Of a DNA stretch of 64,000 nucleotides, positions 54,950 to 64,000 are shown piece after piece. The DNA is taken from positions 1,024,001 through 1,088,000 of the forward strand of contig OZ253555.1 in assembly GCA_965262725.1 (NCBI GenBank), read 5' to 3'. Origin of the DNA: Dehalococcoidia bacterium (GTDB taxonomy: Bacteria; Chloroflexota; Dehalococcoidia; UBA2979). The position numbers and the translations under genes are program-made. Position 1 is the stretch's first letter. Every line of letters starts with the position of its first letter. The notes beneath the pieces were generated by a model. It had not been told where the DNA came from and made no database searches. It worked only from the letters and a program-made list of their open reading frames with translations.

Positions 54950-57531
54950 GTCGTATCGATCTCGACCAGGTGAAGCGGGGCAACCCGATCGCCGAGGAAC
55001 TCTCCCATCTCGCCGAGGTCGTCGCGCCGCGGGATCTCGATGCGAGCATTGCCTCAGCGCGGGGCATGTTCGGCGCGCTGGCCGGCGAGTCGATCTCGCT
55101 TGAGATCGCGACGGGGTATGCCGGCCCGCGCTGGTACGTGCGCTCCGCCACCGAATCGGGCCTCGAACGCGCGCTCGCGCAGCTGCGCGCGGCCTACCCG
55201 CAGGTGCGGGCTGAGCGCATCGCACCGAACCGCGCCGACCTCGACCCGGCCCAGGTGCTCGGGGGAGAGCAGGCCGTCGTGGTCGAGCTGCAGCCGTCCG
55301 CCCGGGACATCCTCTCGCTCCGCAGCGACTGGCGGAACGAGCCCTCACCGCTCGTGGGCGTGCTGGCGCGGGCGGCGCCGCGGGGCGACGAGCGAGTCGT
55401 CTGCCGGCTGACACTCGGCCCCGCGCCGGCCGGGGCGGCCGGCCGCCTCCACCGCCGCGCGGCGCCCGCCGGGGCGCCGCGGCGCGAGCCCGCCGGCGAC
55501 CCGGGGCCGAGCGCGCTCCCGCTCGTCGGGGCGCTCGCGATCGCCGCGGCGGGCCTGCAGGGACGGGAGTGGTACCTCGATGGGGAGTGGCCGCTGCTGG
55601 TCGCGGGCGGTGCCTGCGTCTTCGTCGGCCTGCCGCTCGCGGGAGCGCTCGCCATGCGCATGCTGCGCTCCCCCGACCCGCTCCCGCCGAGGGTGGTCGA
55701 GCAGAAGCTGGCATCGCCGCTGGTCGCGGCCCGACTCGAGGTCCACGCGATCGGCGGGCGGGGCTCGGACCCGCAGCGCCTGCGCCTGCTCGCGACCGAG
55801 ACCGCGGGGGCCTACGGCGCCTACGACTCGGCGGGCGGGGGCCTGCGCCCCGCGGCTCCGCACGCGCCGCGCCGCAGGCCGGACCGGAAGCTGCCGCTGC
55901 TCCTGAACACCGCCGAGCTCTCCGGCCTCTGGCACCTGCCCGACCAGGCGGGCGCCCCGGCCGGGATCCGCCGCACCACGGCACAGCGGCTCCCGCCGGC
56001 GCCCGGCCACGCGGCGCGCGGCGCGCGCGTCGGCACCTCTGATGCGGACGGCGGCGCCGCTCCCGTCCACCTGCCCGCTCCGCTCCTGCACCGCAACCAG
56101 CTGATCGTGGCGAAGACGCGGCGCGGCAAGTCGACGCTGCTGAGGCACCTCGCGGCCCGCGTGATGGAGGGGGCAGCCGGGGGCTCGGACGGGACGGCGC
56201 TGGTGGTGGTCGACCCGCACCAGGATCTGGCCGAGGCGGTGCTGGACGCCGTGCCGCCGGAGCTCGCGGACCGCACGACCTACCTCGACTTCGCGAACCT
56301 GGAGCGGCCGGTCGGCCTCAACCTGCTCGACGTCTCGCTCTTCCCGGACCGCGACCGCACGACCGAGCACATCGTCACGATGATGAACCGCCTCTGGCCG
56401 GCGAACTGGGGACCGCGCATGGAGGGCGCGCTGCGGGCATCGCTGCTGGCGCTGCTCGACGCGAACAGGCAGTACGAGCGGGAGGCGCAGTTCACGCTGC
56501 TCGACGTCGCGCCGATGCTCACCGACCGGGAGCTGCGCGAGCGCGTGCTCGACCAGGTGCAGGACCCGGCGGTGCGCGCCTGGTGGCGCGACAACTACGA
56601 CCGCGCGGGGCGCGTGCTGCAGCAGCAGACCGCGAACCCCGTCACCTCGAAGATCGGCCGCTTCACGGTGACCGAGGCCTCGCGCCTGGTCTTCGGGCAG
56701 GCTCGCTCCACCTTCGATCCGCGCGCGATCGTGCGTGACGGCGGCGTGCTCGTCGTGAACACCGCCGTCGGCGCGCTCGGCGAGGGCGCCGCCTCGCTCG
56801 TCGGCGCGACGCTGCTCAACCTGCTCGGCCTCCTGATCGAGGAGCAGGTCGCGCTGCCGCCGGAGCGGCGCCGCAGGGTGATCGGGCTCATCGACGAGTC
56901 GAGCACGCTCGGCGCCGTCGACTACACGCGCATGCTCTCCGAGCTCGGCAAGTACGGCGCGAGCTTCGTGCTGGTCACCCAGTCGCTCGCGAAGCTCGAC
57001 GCCATCGACCGCAACCTCGCCCCGACGATCTTCGCCAACTCCGACGGCCTCACCGTCTTCGGGGTGAGCGCCGAGGATGCCCGCCGGCTCACGCCGGAGC
57101 TGGGAGGCGGGATCGAGGTCCCCGACCTCGTCTCGCTCGACGACTTCACCTGCTACGCGCGCTGGTGGGACGGCCGCGCCCGCCCGCCGGCCTTCTCGTT
57201 CCGGGTGGATCCGCCGCCACCGACCGTCCCGGGACGCGCCCGGGCGATCGCGGCGCGCTCCGCCGCGCGCGTCGGCCGACCGCGCGAGCAGGTGGTGCGG
57301 GAGATCACGCGGGCGCTCTCGGAGCGCTCGCCGTCACAGGCAGCGGGCCGCCGCGAGCGGAAGTCCCGGGAGGACGTGGCCGAGGCAGGGCCGGGGAGTG
57401 CCGCCGGGGCGGGTGACGCGAACGCGACTCCGACGAGCAGGGCGGATGAGCGCGAGAGCCCGCCGACCCCCCTGCGACCACGCCGCGGCAACGATCACCG
57501 CGGACACGATCACCGAGGCCGCCATGCGTGA
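54946..57531 (+). CDS. VirD4/TraD-like type IV coupling ATPase
   Basis: TM pair, variant Walker A AKTRRGKST, VVDPH, LNLL, Walker B LIDES, KYGAS.VLVTQS, IFAN. Confidence 0.82.
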   Translation: MSRIDLDQVKRGNPIAEELSHLAEVVAPRDLDASIASARGMFGALAGESISLEIATGYAGPRWYVRSATESGLERALAQLRAAYPQVRAERIAPNRADLDPAQVLGGEQAVVVELQPSARDILSLRSDWRNEPSPLVGVLARAAPRGDERVVCRLTLGPAPAGAAGRLHRRAAPAGAPRREPAGDPGPSALPLVGALAIAAAGLQGREWYLDGEWPLLVAGGACVFVGLPLAGALAMRMLRSPDPLPPRVVEQKLASPLVAARLEVHAIGGRGSDPQRLRLLATETAGAYGAYDSAGGGLRPAAPHAPRRRPDRKLPLLLNTAELSGLWHLPDQAGAPAGIRRTTAQRLPPAPGHAARGARVGTSDADGGAAPVHLPAPLLHRNQLIVAKTRRGKSTLLRHLAARVMEGAAGGSDGTALVVVDPHQDLAEAVLDAVPPELADRTTYLDFANLERPVGLNLLDVSLFPDRDRTTEHIVTMMNRLWPANWGPRMEGALRASLLALLDANRQYEREAQFTLLDVAPMLTDRELRERVLDQVQDPAVRAWWRDNYDRAGRVLQQQTANPVTSKIGRFTVTEASRLVFGQARSTFDPRAIVRDGGVLVVNTAVGALGEGAASLVGATLLNLLGLLIEEQVALPPERRRRVIGLIDESSTLGAVDYTRMLSELGKYGASFVLVTQSLAKLDAIDRNLAPTIFANSDGLTVFGVSAEDARRLTPELGGGIEVPDLVSLDDFTCYARWWDGRARPPAFSFRVDPPPPTVPGRARAIAARSAARVGRPREQVVREITRALSERSPSQAAGRRERKSREDVAEAGPGSAAGAGDANATPTSRADERESPPTPLRPRRGNDHRGHDHRGRHA

Positions 57532-58684
57532 CGAGACGGCGCGTCTCGCGCGGGCTCTGGAGTGGATCGCGCGGCTCCCGCTCTGCGGTGAGCCGGAGCT
57601 CGCCGGTCTGCTCGACGTGGACGAGCATGATGCTCGCCGACTCATTCATCAGCTTTCCGCGCAGGGGTGGACTGAGACCGTCACGGCGGGCTCGCGCGAA
57701 CTCGAACAGCGGCGACTTGCCGTCGTCCGCGACGACGCGGTGCCGGCTCTCGCAGCCGCCCTCCGCAGCGATCGAACCTCGCTCGCGAGCGCCATCCCGG
57801 TCCGCTCGCGTGATCTCTCGAGGCGGGTGGCTCGGCTTGAGATCACCGCCTCTGTGAATCGCTTCGCTGCCGACCTCGCCGACGATTTCAGGTGCGCCGG
57901 TCTCGCCGAACTCGCCGACGCGCGATCCCTCCCGATCGCCGTGCCTCCGGCCGGGCGCTGGTGGCTCCCGGGCATCGAGGCCTACGGCTGTCTCCGCTCC
58001 GGCCCACTCCATGCACCGTTCTTCCTGGCGTGGGACCGGATGGCGGCACCGGACGTGTACCGCCGCAGGCGGCTTGCCGGCTGGTTCGGGGCGAGCGCTC
58101 CTGCCGCCGAGCTATGGGGGAGGGGAGGCCTGCCGCCGGTACTCGTGGTCTGTCCGTCCGAGAGGGAGCGGTGGGTATGGGAGAGCGCGCTCGCCACACG
58201 CGATGAGACCGGCTCACGGCGTCTCGAACTGATCTTCACGACCCGCGGCGAGCTGCGCTCAGAGGGGGCGGGCGAGGCCCGGTGGTGGCTACCCGGCCGC
58301 GCGCCGGCGCCGCTCGTCGAGCAGCTCGGATGGGGCGAGCCACCGGTGGTGGACGCGATCCGGATCGAACGGGCGCTTGACGACTACGGGCCGCCACCTC
58401 GCCGCACCGGGCCGTCGCTAACCATGCGTGCGTTCGCCGAGGCGACGAGCGGTGCGGCGAAACCGCTCTGGCAACGTCTCGGCGACCTCGCCCTCGTGAC
58501 GGCGCCGGCCGAGAAGACCCTCATCGAGTGGGTGGCGCGGCACCCACTGCTCAGCATCGCCGACCTCGCGGCGCTCCTCAACGAACCGGCGGGACTGATC
58601 GGGCGCCGCCTGGCGCGGCTCGAGGGCAACGGCGCGATCCATCCATCCAGCCAGTCGGTGCAGACGGAAGGTACTCTCCGATGA
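57524..58684 (+). CDS. Replic_Relax-like protein, part 1 (wHTH + degenerate nuclease-like domain + start of a second wHTH)
   Basis: Repeated LEWIARLPL/IEWVARHPL helices; VNRF..., PFFLAWDR, PPVLVVC parallel to part 2. Confidence 0.6.
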   Translation: MRDETARLARALEWIARLPLCGEPELAGLLDVDEHDARRLIHQLSAQGWTETVTAGSRELEQRRLAVVRDDAVPALAAALRSDRTSLASAIPVRSRDLSRRVARLEITASVNRFAADLADDFRCAGLAELADARSLPIAVPPAGRWWLPGIEAYGCLRSGPLHAPFFLAWDRMAAPDVYRRRRLAGWFGASAPAAELWGRGGLPPVLVVCPSERERWVWESALATRDETGSRRLELIFTTRGELRSEGAGEARWWLPGRAPAPLVEQLGWGEPPVVDAIRIERALDDYGPPPRRTGPSLTMRAFAEATSGAAKPLWQRLGDLALVTAPAEKTLIEWVARHPLLSIADLAALLNEPAGLIGRRLARLEGNGAIHPSSQSVQTEGTLR

Positions 58685-59403
58685 ACAACGTCAACGAGCC
58701 CCGCTACGTGCTCACCGAGCTGGGTATGCGATTGCTCGCCGCTCAGGCCGGCGTGCCTCCGGCCGTCTTCGGGCGGTACGGAGGGGTGACCTTCGCCTCC
58801 GCGCGGCAGCCATCCCGCCAGCGAGTGGTCTGGCACCGTGAACACACGCTCGGCGTGAACCGCTTCGCTGCGCGGCTCGCCCTCGACGCCCGGTCCGCCG
58901 GCTGGCGCTTCGCCGAATGGCGAAACGAGGCGGAGTCGACACACCACTTCGTCTCGGAAGACAGGCGGAGGGCCTGGATCCGCCCCGACGGCTCCGGTCT
59001 GCTCGTGCGTGGCGCGGAGGTGCGCCCGTTCTTGTTTGAGTACGACCGCGGGACCATCAACTCGGGCGCCTACCGCCCGAAGCTCGAGGGATACCGGCAG
59101 TACTACGCCACCGCGGCGTGGGAGGACGATTTCCCGAGCGAGCCCGCGCTGCTCTTCGTGTGCAGCGATGACCGCGCGGAAGCACGGGTCAGGCGAGCTG
59201 CGAGCCGGTGGGCGGAGCAGGCCACGGTACTCGCCACCGCTGAATGGCGGTTCGAGGGCGGTGCCGGCCACGTGCGTGGCCTGTTCGGTGACCTCTGGCA
59301 GCCGCTAGGGACCGCAGGCGGACCCCGCCAATGCTGGCCATCCTTCAGATCGGGGCGATCTGAGACGACGGCGTCGGGTCTGGACGGACGAGCGAAGCCG
59401 TGA
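58681..59403 (+). CDS. replication-relaxation (Replic_Relax) family protein, part 2
   Basis: YVLTELG, HTLGVNRF, RPDG, FLFEYDRGT, KLEGY..Y. Confidence 0.8.
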   Translation: MNNVNEPRYVLTELGMRLLAAQAGVPPAVFGRYGGVTFASARQPSRQRVVWHREHTLGVNRFAARLALDARSAGWRFAEWRNEAESTHHFVSEDRRRAWIRPDGSGLLVRGAEVRPFLFEYDRGTINSGAYRPKLEGYRQYYATAAWEDDFPSEPALLFVCSDDRAEARVRRAASRWAEQATVLATAEWRFEGGAGHVRGLFGDLWQPLGTAGGPRQCWPSFRSGRSETTASGLDGRAKP

Positions 59404-59749
59404 ACGGCGAGTGCCACACGCGCACGGCTCCCGAAGCGGTGATGCTATTCGGCATCGGGCGGATTCACGCGTACCAGCCGGTCGCCCATGGAGCGAGCGC
59501 GGTGGGGGGGCTCGGGCACATGTGCATCCGGCGCGCCGCATCGAACACCGGATCGATCCCATCGATCCGGGTGCGCACGGGGGCACCAGTTGTGACGCGA
59601 TCGCGGTGGTCTTCGGGGCCCGCGACCGCTCAGTCACGACGGCGCGAGCCCAATCGGTGTGACATAACGCGGGAGACGTTTCCGCCGGCTGTAGAGTACC
59701 TTTGCCGCAAGTACGCGGCGGTCGTGCGGGCGATCTGGGAGCGCAGCCG

Positions 59750-60101
59750 GAAGCTCCGTGACGATGCGGACGGCACGCTCGACTCCGGTGACTTCGCAGC
59801 GAAGTTCGCAGGCTACGGGCGCTACTACGCGGCCCGTGCGTGGCGCCGGGACTTCGACGCGGAGCCCGTGCTGCTCTTCGTCTGCACCGGTGGCCGGGCG
59901 GAGGAGCACGTGGTGCGAGCCGCCCGGCGTGCCGCGCGCGAGTCCGCCTTCCGCCCGCCCCTCCTGGTCACGACCGAGTGGCGGTCGGGCCAGGGTCCCC
60001 GGAATACGAGGAGACTGATGGGGCCCGTCTGGCGGTATTGCACGGTCGCTACGCCCCGGGGACCGCTGACCGGGGCTGCAAGCGGGGCGGCCTGGACGTG
60101 A
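59750..60101 (+). pseudogene. additional Replic_Relax C-terminal fragment
   Basis: D.GT.DSG.F..KF.GY.RYYA..AW..DF..EP.LLFVC is a paralog of the 59.05-59.3 kb segment. Confidence 0.7.
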
Positions 60102-60177
60102 TCGGCACATGGTCGAGCTGCCCATCGTGCGCACGAGCCGGCAGTCGCGACGTGACGCGCGGTGGTTGGGAGATGGG

Positions 60178-60549
60178 ATGAAGAATCTCGTACGACGTTC
60201 AGGGCTGCCTTCCAGCGCGGGGCTGACGGTCGACGGCCCCGCGCGCTCCCTCGAATCCGACCCATCCACTGCGGGACTGCTCGTGGATTCGCCGTCCCGC
60301 GCCCTGGCGTTGACCAAGGCCGAGGCGGCCGAGTCGCTGGGAATCAGCCAGCGAAAGCTTGAGCAGTACATTGGGTCGGGAGAACTTCCGAGCATCAAGT
60401 TTGGTCGGGCGAGGAGGGTCCTCACGTCGGACCTTGCCGCGTTCGCACAGCATCTCAGGGACGAGACGCTTCGAGCGGAACATCCGGCCGACGGCGGTGG
60501 AAGGCACGCGATGGTCGGTCGAGCACGGACGAGCGGAGGGATGCAATGA
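60178..60549 (+). CDS. xis: excisionase-like HTH_17 protein
   Basis: LT..EAAESLGIS...L..YI.SGELPSIK.GRARRV; ATGA overlap with int; start codon uncertain. Confidence 0.82.
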   Translation: MKNLVRRSGLPSSAGLTVDGPARSLESDPSTAGLLVDSPSRALALTKAEAAESLGISQRKLEQYIGSGELPSIKFGRARRVLTSDLAAFAQHLRDETLRAEHPADGGGRHAMVGRARTSGGMQ

Positions 60550-62399
60550 CGAGGCGAGGCCCCGGCGAGGGATCACTCAAGCGCAGGGTCAGGAATGGCC
60601 GCGTGGAGTGGGAGGCGCGGCTCCCGCTCGACGAGTGGCGCGTCGGTCAGGACGGCCGCCGCCGCCGCCGGTACTTCTACGCAGTGAGGAAGCGACAGGC
60701 CGATGCGCGCCGCGCGCTTGAGGAAGCGAGACGGGATCGTGAGCGGGGCGTGCGCGTCGGTGGCCGACCATCAACCGTGACGCAGTTCCTCGGCTTCTGG
60801 CTCGCGCACCGCACGGACCTGCGCCCGCGCACGCTGGAGAGCTACGAGAGCACCGTGCGCTTGCACCTGGAACCGGCCCTGGGGCACCTGTCCTTGCGTG
60901 AGCTCGACGTAACGCATGTTGACAGGATGGTCGCGACCCTCCAGCACAAGGGACTCTCCCATACATCTGTTCGATACGCCGTCAAGGTGTTGCGGAATGC
61001 TCTCGCCGAGGGTGAGCGGCTCGGCTGGGTCGCGAGGAATGTCGCTCGCCTATCCCGACCTCCCGTGCCGCAGGTTGCGGAGGTCCGTCCGTTCAGCGAG
61101 TCCGAGGCGCGGGCTCTCCTTGCCGCGGTGCATCGCGAGCGGATCGGAGCCTACGTCGTGCTCGTGCTCAGCGTCGGCCTGCGCGAGAGCGAGGCGCTCG
61201 GTCTGCGCTGGGAGGACATCGACCTCGCTCTCCGCGTGGTGACGGTTCGGCATCAACTCGCGTTCAGGGCTGGCGCATTCGAGCTGGCGGAGCCGAAGAG
61301 CCGTTCCGGTCGGCGTGCTGTCGCCTTGCCCGACTTCGCCACCGCAGCCCTGCGGCGCCACCGTGTCCGGCAGGCGGAGGAGCGGTTGCGGGCCGGGTCG
61401 CGTTGGTCCAACGAGCTCGACCTCGTCTTCACCACGGAGCTCGGGCGCCCGCTCCACCGGCGCAACGTGCTGCGCTGGTTCCAGGGCGTGCTGCGCCGTG
61501 AGGGACTGCCGGCCCGCGGCATCAAGGAGCTCCGGCATACTGCCGCCTCGCTTCTCCACGCGCAGGGGCTCTCGCCCCGTGAGCTCATGGAGGTGCTCGG
61601 GCACTCCGACGTGCGGATCACGCTCAACACCTACACGCACGTCTTCGACGAGAACCGCCGCAGGGCCGCGGAGCGGATGGACGTCGCCCTCGGCGCCGAA
61701 CGCGAAGGGGACCACGAAAGGGACCACGAAAGGGACCACACGCGGGCGGTCGGAGCCGAGGAAGTCGATCCTAGGTTGAAAAAGTGGTCGGGGAGACAGG
61801 ATTTGAACCTGCGACCTCCTGACCCCCAGTCAGGTGCGCTGCCAGGCTGCGCCACTCCCCGAGTCGCCGGTTCGGAGTCTAGCAGAGCTAGTATCCAGCG
61901 CCCTAGGATGTCTCGACGACTCGATGTCGGCGCTGTCTTGTGGCCATGGAGATCATTGTCGCGTCACGGCCGAACCGTGGCCGTGATGGGACCGGCATGT
62001 AGTCCGGCGACCCGGGGCGCTCAAGGCGGGAACGCCTATGTTCGAGGGCGTCAGGCGATGCCGCTGAGGCGAGCAGCGATGACGAGTGCAAGCCCTGCAG
62101 CCCCGATCGCCGCGTACTCGCCGGCCGCGCGCGCGGAGAGTTGCAGCGTCCGGTGCGCGTGCAACAACGCGCTTGCGGCGAAGAGCACGAACAGCAGGGC
62201 GAGGGCGGCGAGTTCCCCCTCGAGGGGCAAGAAGTGGAGGACCCAGCGCGCCTCCGCCGCGACGAGGCCGATGATCGCGGCGAAGGCCAGGTTCTCCAGC
62301 GGGTCTAGGTTACCCTCGCGCATCAGCTCCACACAGAGCAGCGCCCCTCCTACCCCCGCCGCCACCACGCCTGCCTCGAGCCCCACCTCGAGCAGGTAG
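60546..62399 (+). CDS. int: tyrosine integrase whose ORF reads through att/tRNA (conserved core ends near 61,700)
   Basis: RRG.GEGS arm-binding N-terminus, GLRESEALGL.W, EPKS, KELRH, LGHS, TLNTY.H; no stop until 62,399. Confidence 0.92.
   Translation: MTRRGPGEGSLKRRVRNGRVEWEARLPLDEWRVGQDGRRRRRYFYAVRKRQADARRALEEARRDRERGVRVGGRPSTVTQFLGFWLAHRTDLRPRTLESYESTVRLHLEPALGHLSLRELDVTHVDRMVATLQHKGLSHTSVRYAVKVLRNALAEGERLGWVARNVARLSRPPVPQVAEVRPFSESEARALLAAVHRERIGAYVVLVLSVGLRESEALGLRWEDIDLALRVVTVRHQLAFRAGAFELAEPKSRSGRRAVALPDFATAALRRHRVRQAEERLRAGSRWSNELDLVFTTELGRPLHRRNVLRWFQGVLRREGLPARGIKELRHTAASLLHAQGLSPRELMEVLGHSDVRITLNTYTHVFDENRRRAAERMDVALGAEREGDHERDHERDHTRAVGAEEVDPRLKKWSGRQDLNLRPPDPQSGALPGCATPRVAGSESSRASIQRPRMSRRLDVGAVLWPWRSLSRHGRTVAVMGPACSPATRGAQGGNAYVRGRQAMPLRRAAMTSASPAAPIAAYSPAARAESCSVRCACNNALAAKSTNSRARAASSPSRGKKWRTQRASAATRPMIAAKARFSSGSRLPSRISSTQSSAPPTPAATTPASSPTSSR
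61708..61739 (+). repeat. tandem 12-bp GGGACCACGAAA (2.7 copies), putative arm-type sites
   Basis: Copies at 61,708, 61,720 and 61,732; 45 bp from the att core. Confidence 0.75.
61785..61861 (-). tRNA. tRNA-Pro(GGG)
   Basis: CGGGGAGTGGCGCAGCCTGGCAGCGCACCTGACTGGGGGTCAGGAGGTCGCAGGTTCAAATCCTGTCTCCCCGACCA: 77-nt cloverleaf, anticodon GGG, encoded CCA. Confidence 0.97.
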
Positions 62400-63121
62400 C
62401 CCAGGTCGAACAGGGCGAAGGCGACGGCGTAGGTGCCCATGGTCGCGACGACGCGCGACGGGTGGTACGCCGCCAGATCCGGACGTGCCGAGCCGACTTC
62501 GGCGGCGAGGATGGCGGCCAGACCGGCGATCAGAGCGAGGCCGGCGGGCACGATCCAGAGCCCTCCGACCGCCTCCTCCGCGAAGACCGGCATCACAAGC
62601 ATGTACAGCGTCGGCAGGAAGAAGTAGGGCGCGATGTCGGCGCCCGATGCGAACGGCTCGCGGACGCTTCCCTCGAAGACGCCCCGGAAGGCGAGGGCCC
62701 CGACGGCGGCGCCGAAGAGCACCATCCAGCGCGGCGTTGGCTCGATCAGCAGGAACGAGAAGACGACGAGCGCCTGAAGTGCGACGAGCGTGACGAGCGG
62801 CGCGGTGATCGGCAGCTCCCCCAGATGGCGGTGGGCAGTCACCGCCTCGCTGGCGAGGTGAATCCAGCGGGGACGCGGCGCCCTGTTGGCATTCGGAGCT
62901 GACGGGCTGGTGGTGTCGGGCGGCGGAGGGGTGTGCCCGGCGCCCTGCTGCGCCCCTATCGCGCCCGCCGCCCGCTCCGGCCCGGCGGTGCCCCCTGCCA
63001 CCGCCTCCGCCGGCGTGGCGTCGTCGGTCGGAGCCTGACGATCTGCTCTCTCCCCGGGCGACGGCGATGACGACGGTGCGGAGGTGGTCCCGGCCGTCTT
63101 GTCATCGCGCTCTGGCGCCAT
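62051..63121 (-). CDS. multi-pass membrane protein of unknown function
   Basis: Low-complexity N-terminus followed by about 9 TM helices. Confidence 0.75.
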   Translation of the reverse strand: MAPERDDKTAGTTSAPSSSPSPGERADRQAPTDDATPAEAVAGGTAGPERAAGAIGAQQGAGHTPPPPDTTSPSAPNANRAPRPRWIHLASEAVTAHRHLGELPITAPLVTLVALQALVVFSFLLIEPTPRWMVLFGAAVGALAFRGVFEGSVREPFASGADIAPYFFLPTLYMLVMPVFAEEAVGGLWIVPAGLALIAGLAAILAAEVGSARPDLAAYHPSRVVATMGTYAVAFALFDLGYLLEVGLEAGVVAAGVGGALLCVELMREGNLDPLENLAFAAIIGLVAAEARWVLHFLPLEGELAALALLFVLFAASALLHAHRTLQLSARAAGEYAAIGAAGLALVIAARLSGIA

Positions 63122-63142
63122 CGTTCCCCGCGGCCCGGCGGG

Positions 63143-64000
63143 CTACCCGCCCGCGAGCTGCGGCTCCTCCTCACCGAAGAGCTCCGCCGCGTTGTCGTAG
63201 CGGATGCGCGCCGCTTCGTCCGCCGTGAGCCCCACCTCCGAGAGCATGCGTTCGAGGCTCTCGACGTGCGCGGCGATCTCGTCGTCGCGACAGTCAGAGC
63301 CCCACACCAGCTTCTCGATCCCGATCTCGTGGCCGATGAGTCGACGCTCCACCGCGTGGCGCTCGATCGTCTCGCCACCGGAGAGGTCAAAGAGCACCTG
63401 GTGCCGCCAGCGGGCGACCGACGCCGCCTCGTCGTAGTTGCCGGTGCCGCCCATGTGCGCCCCGATGATGGGCAGTTCGGGGAAGTTGTTCGCAATGCCG
63501 TCGAGGTGGAACGGCCGCATGCGCGTCGCCGCGATGTCGCGTGGTTGCATGCGCCCGCGCTCGCGCACTCGCCGAAGCGTCTCCGCGGCGACCGGATCGC
63601 GACGGGGGTGCGTGCGGGAGTAGTCGACGCCGCCGCCGATGACGCCGAGGTGGAAGAGGATCGGCATCCGCAGCTCCTCGGCAATGCCGTAGGCGCCGAA
63701 GTAGCGGTGGCTGTCATACGGGTGGCGCGTCCCTATGATCTTCAGCCCGCGGTAGCCGAGCCCGTGCAGCCTCCGGATCTCGCGCGGAGCGATGTCGTCG
63801 ACGTCGATCATCGCGACGGGAACGAAGAGGTCCTCGTATCGCCTCGCCATCGCGAGGGCCTCCTCGTAGCCCGGCCCGAAACGCCCGCCGGAGAGCAGGG
63901 AGGCGCGCGTCACGCCGGCAGAGAGCAGGGCGTCTGCCCGCGCATCGATGAGGCGGATCAGGTCGCCGCCGTCGGGCTGCTCCCAGTCGCGCGGAAAGTG
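63143..64000 (-). CDS. amidohydrolase_2 family protein (5' end outside the window)
   Basis: Frame open to the window edge; GLKI, PILFHLG, IGAHMG, KLVWGSD, NAAELF. Confidence 0.88.
   Translation of the reverse strand, partial: HFPRDWEQPDGGDLIRLIDARADALLSAGVTRASLLSGGRFGPGYEEALAMARRYEDLFVPVAMIDVDDIAPREIRRLHGLGYRGLKIIGTRHPYDSHRYFGAYGIAEELRMPILFHLGVIGGGVDYSRTHPRRDPVAAETLRRVRERGRMQPRDIAATRMRPFHLDGIANNFPELPIIGAHMGGTGNYDEAASVARWRHQVLFDLSGGETIERHAVERRLIGHEIGIEKLVWGSDCRDDEIAAHVESLERMLSEVGLTADEAARIRYDNAAELFGEEEPQLAGG

Larger units (their letters stand above)
13704..61829. mobile_element. ~48 kb integrative (ICE/IME-like) defence island in tRNA-Pro(GGG)
   Basis: 45-bp att direct repeats; xis-int next to the tRNA; VirD4-like ATPase and relaxase-like genes; defence cargo. 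Confidence 0.92.

Noticed and set aside
57492-57518. CGATCACCG duplication in the VirD4-like tail
   Set aside because: Two copies encoding DHRG in a low-complexity tail; no evidence of function
13749-61784. Prophage interpretation of the island
   Set aside because: No terminase, capsid, tail or lysis genes; the coupling ATPase and relaxase point to an ICE/IME
1-64000. CRISPR array or cas genes
   Set aside because: No 25-45 bp repeats with unique spacers were seen; the phased arrays have 5-6 bp units, and no cas motifs were recognised

Overview
High-GC bacterial chromosome segment; the gene content is compatible with Chloroflexota/Dehalococcoidia-like bacteria, but this is an inference. 1-13.4 kb is core-like: an SPFH C-terminus, NfeD, a family-5 SBP, an MFS transporter, a six-gene operon (STAS, REC-PP2C, RsbW-like kinase, periplasmic binding lipoprotein, HAMP histidine kinase, AmtB) and an amidohydrolase. 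13,704-61,829 is a ~48 kb integrative element at the 3' half of tRNA-Pro(GGG) (61,785-61,861, minus strand), bounded by a 45-bp att core repeat. Its right end holds a mobility module: membrane-anchored BTAD/SARP regulator, VirD4-like ATPase, Replic_Relax-type relaxase, excisionase and tyrosine integrase. The cargo is a defence island: an MqsA-type HTH-nuclease-STAND NTPase with an operator-like palindrome upstream, NucS-like and PD-(D/E)xK nucleases, an NDT-like protein, a ParB/HEPN-like + Dam pair, an Azaca-like three-gene operon, and a type I R-M locus with embedded DUF4917 (SIR2-like), MNT-HEPN and M48 genes. It also contains one intact IS21 and many internally deleted gene relics. Notable non-coding features are the att core lying in frame inside the integrase ORF, arm-type 12-bp repeats, three helically phased GGA(A/C)C arrays with 11-11-9 spacing, two tmRNA-3'-like att motifs and microhomology at deletion junctions. 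All family assignments come from motif recognition by eye, not from database searches.
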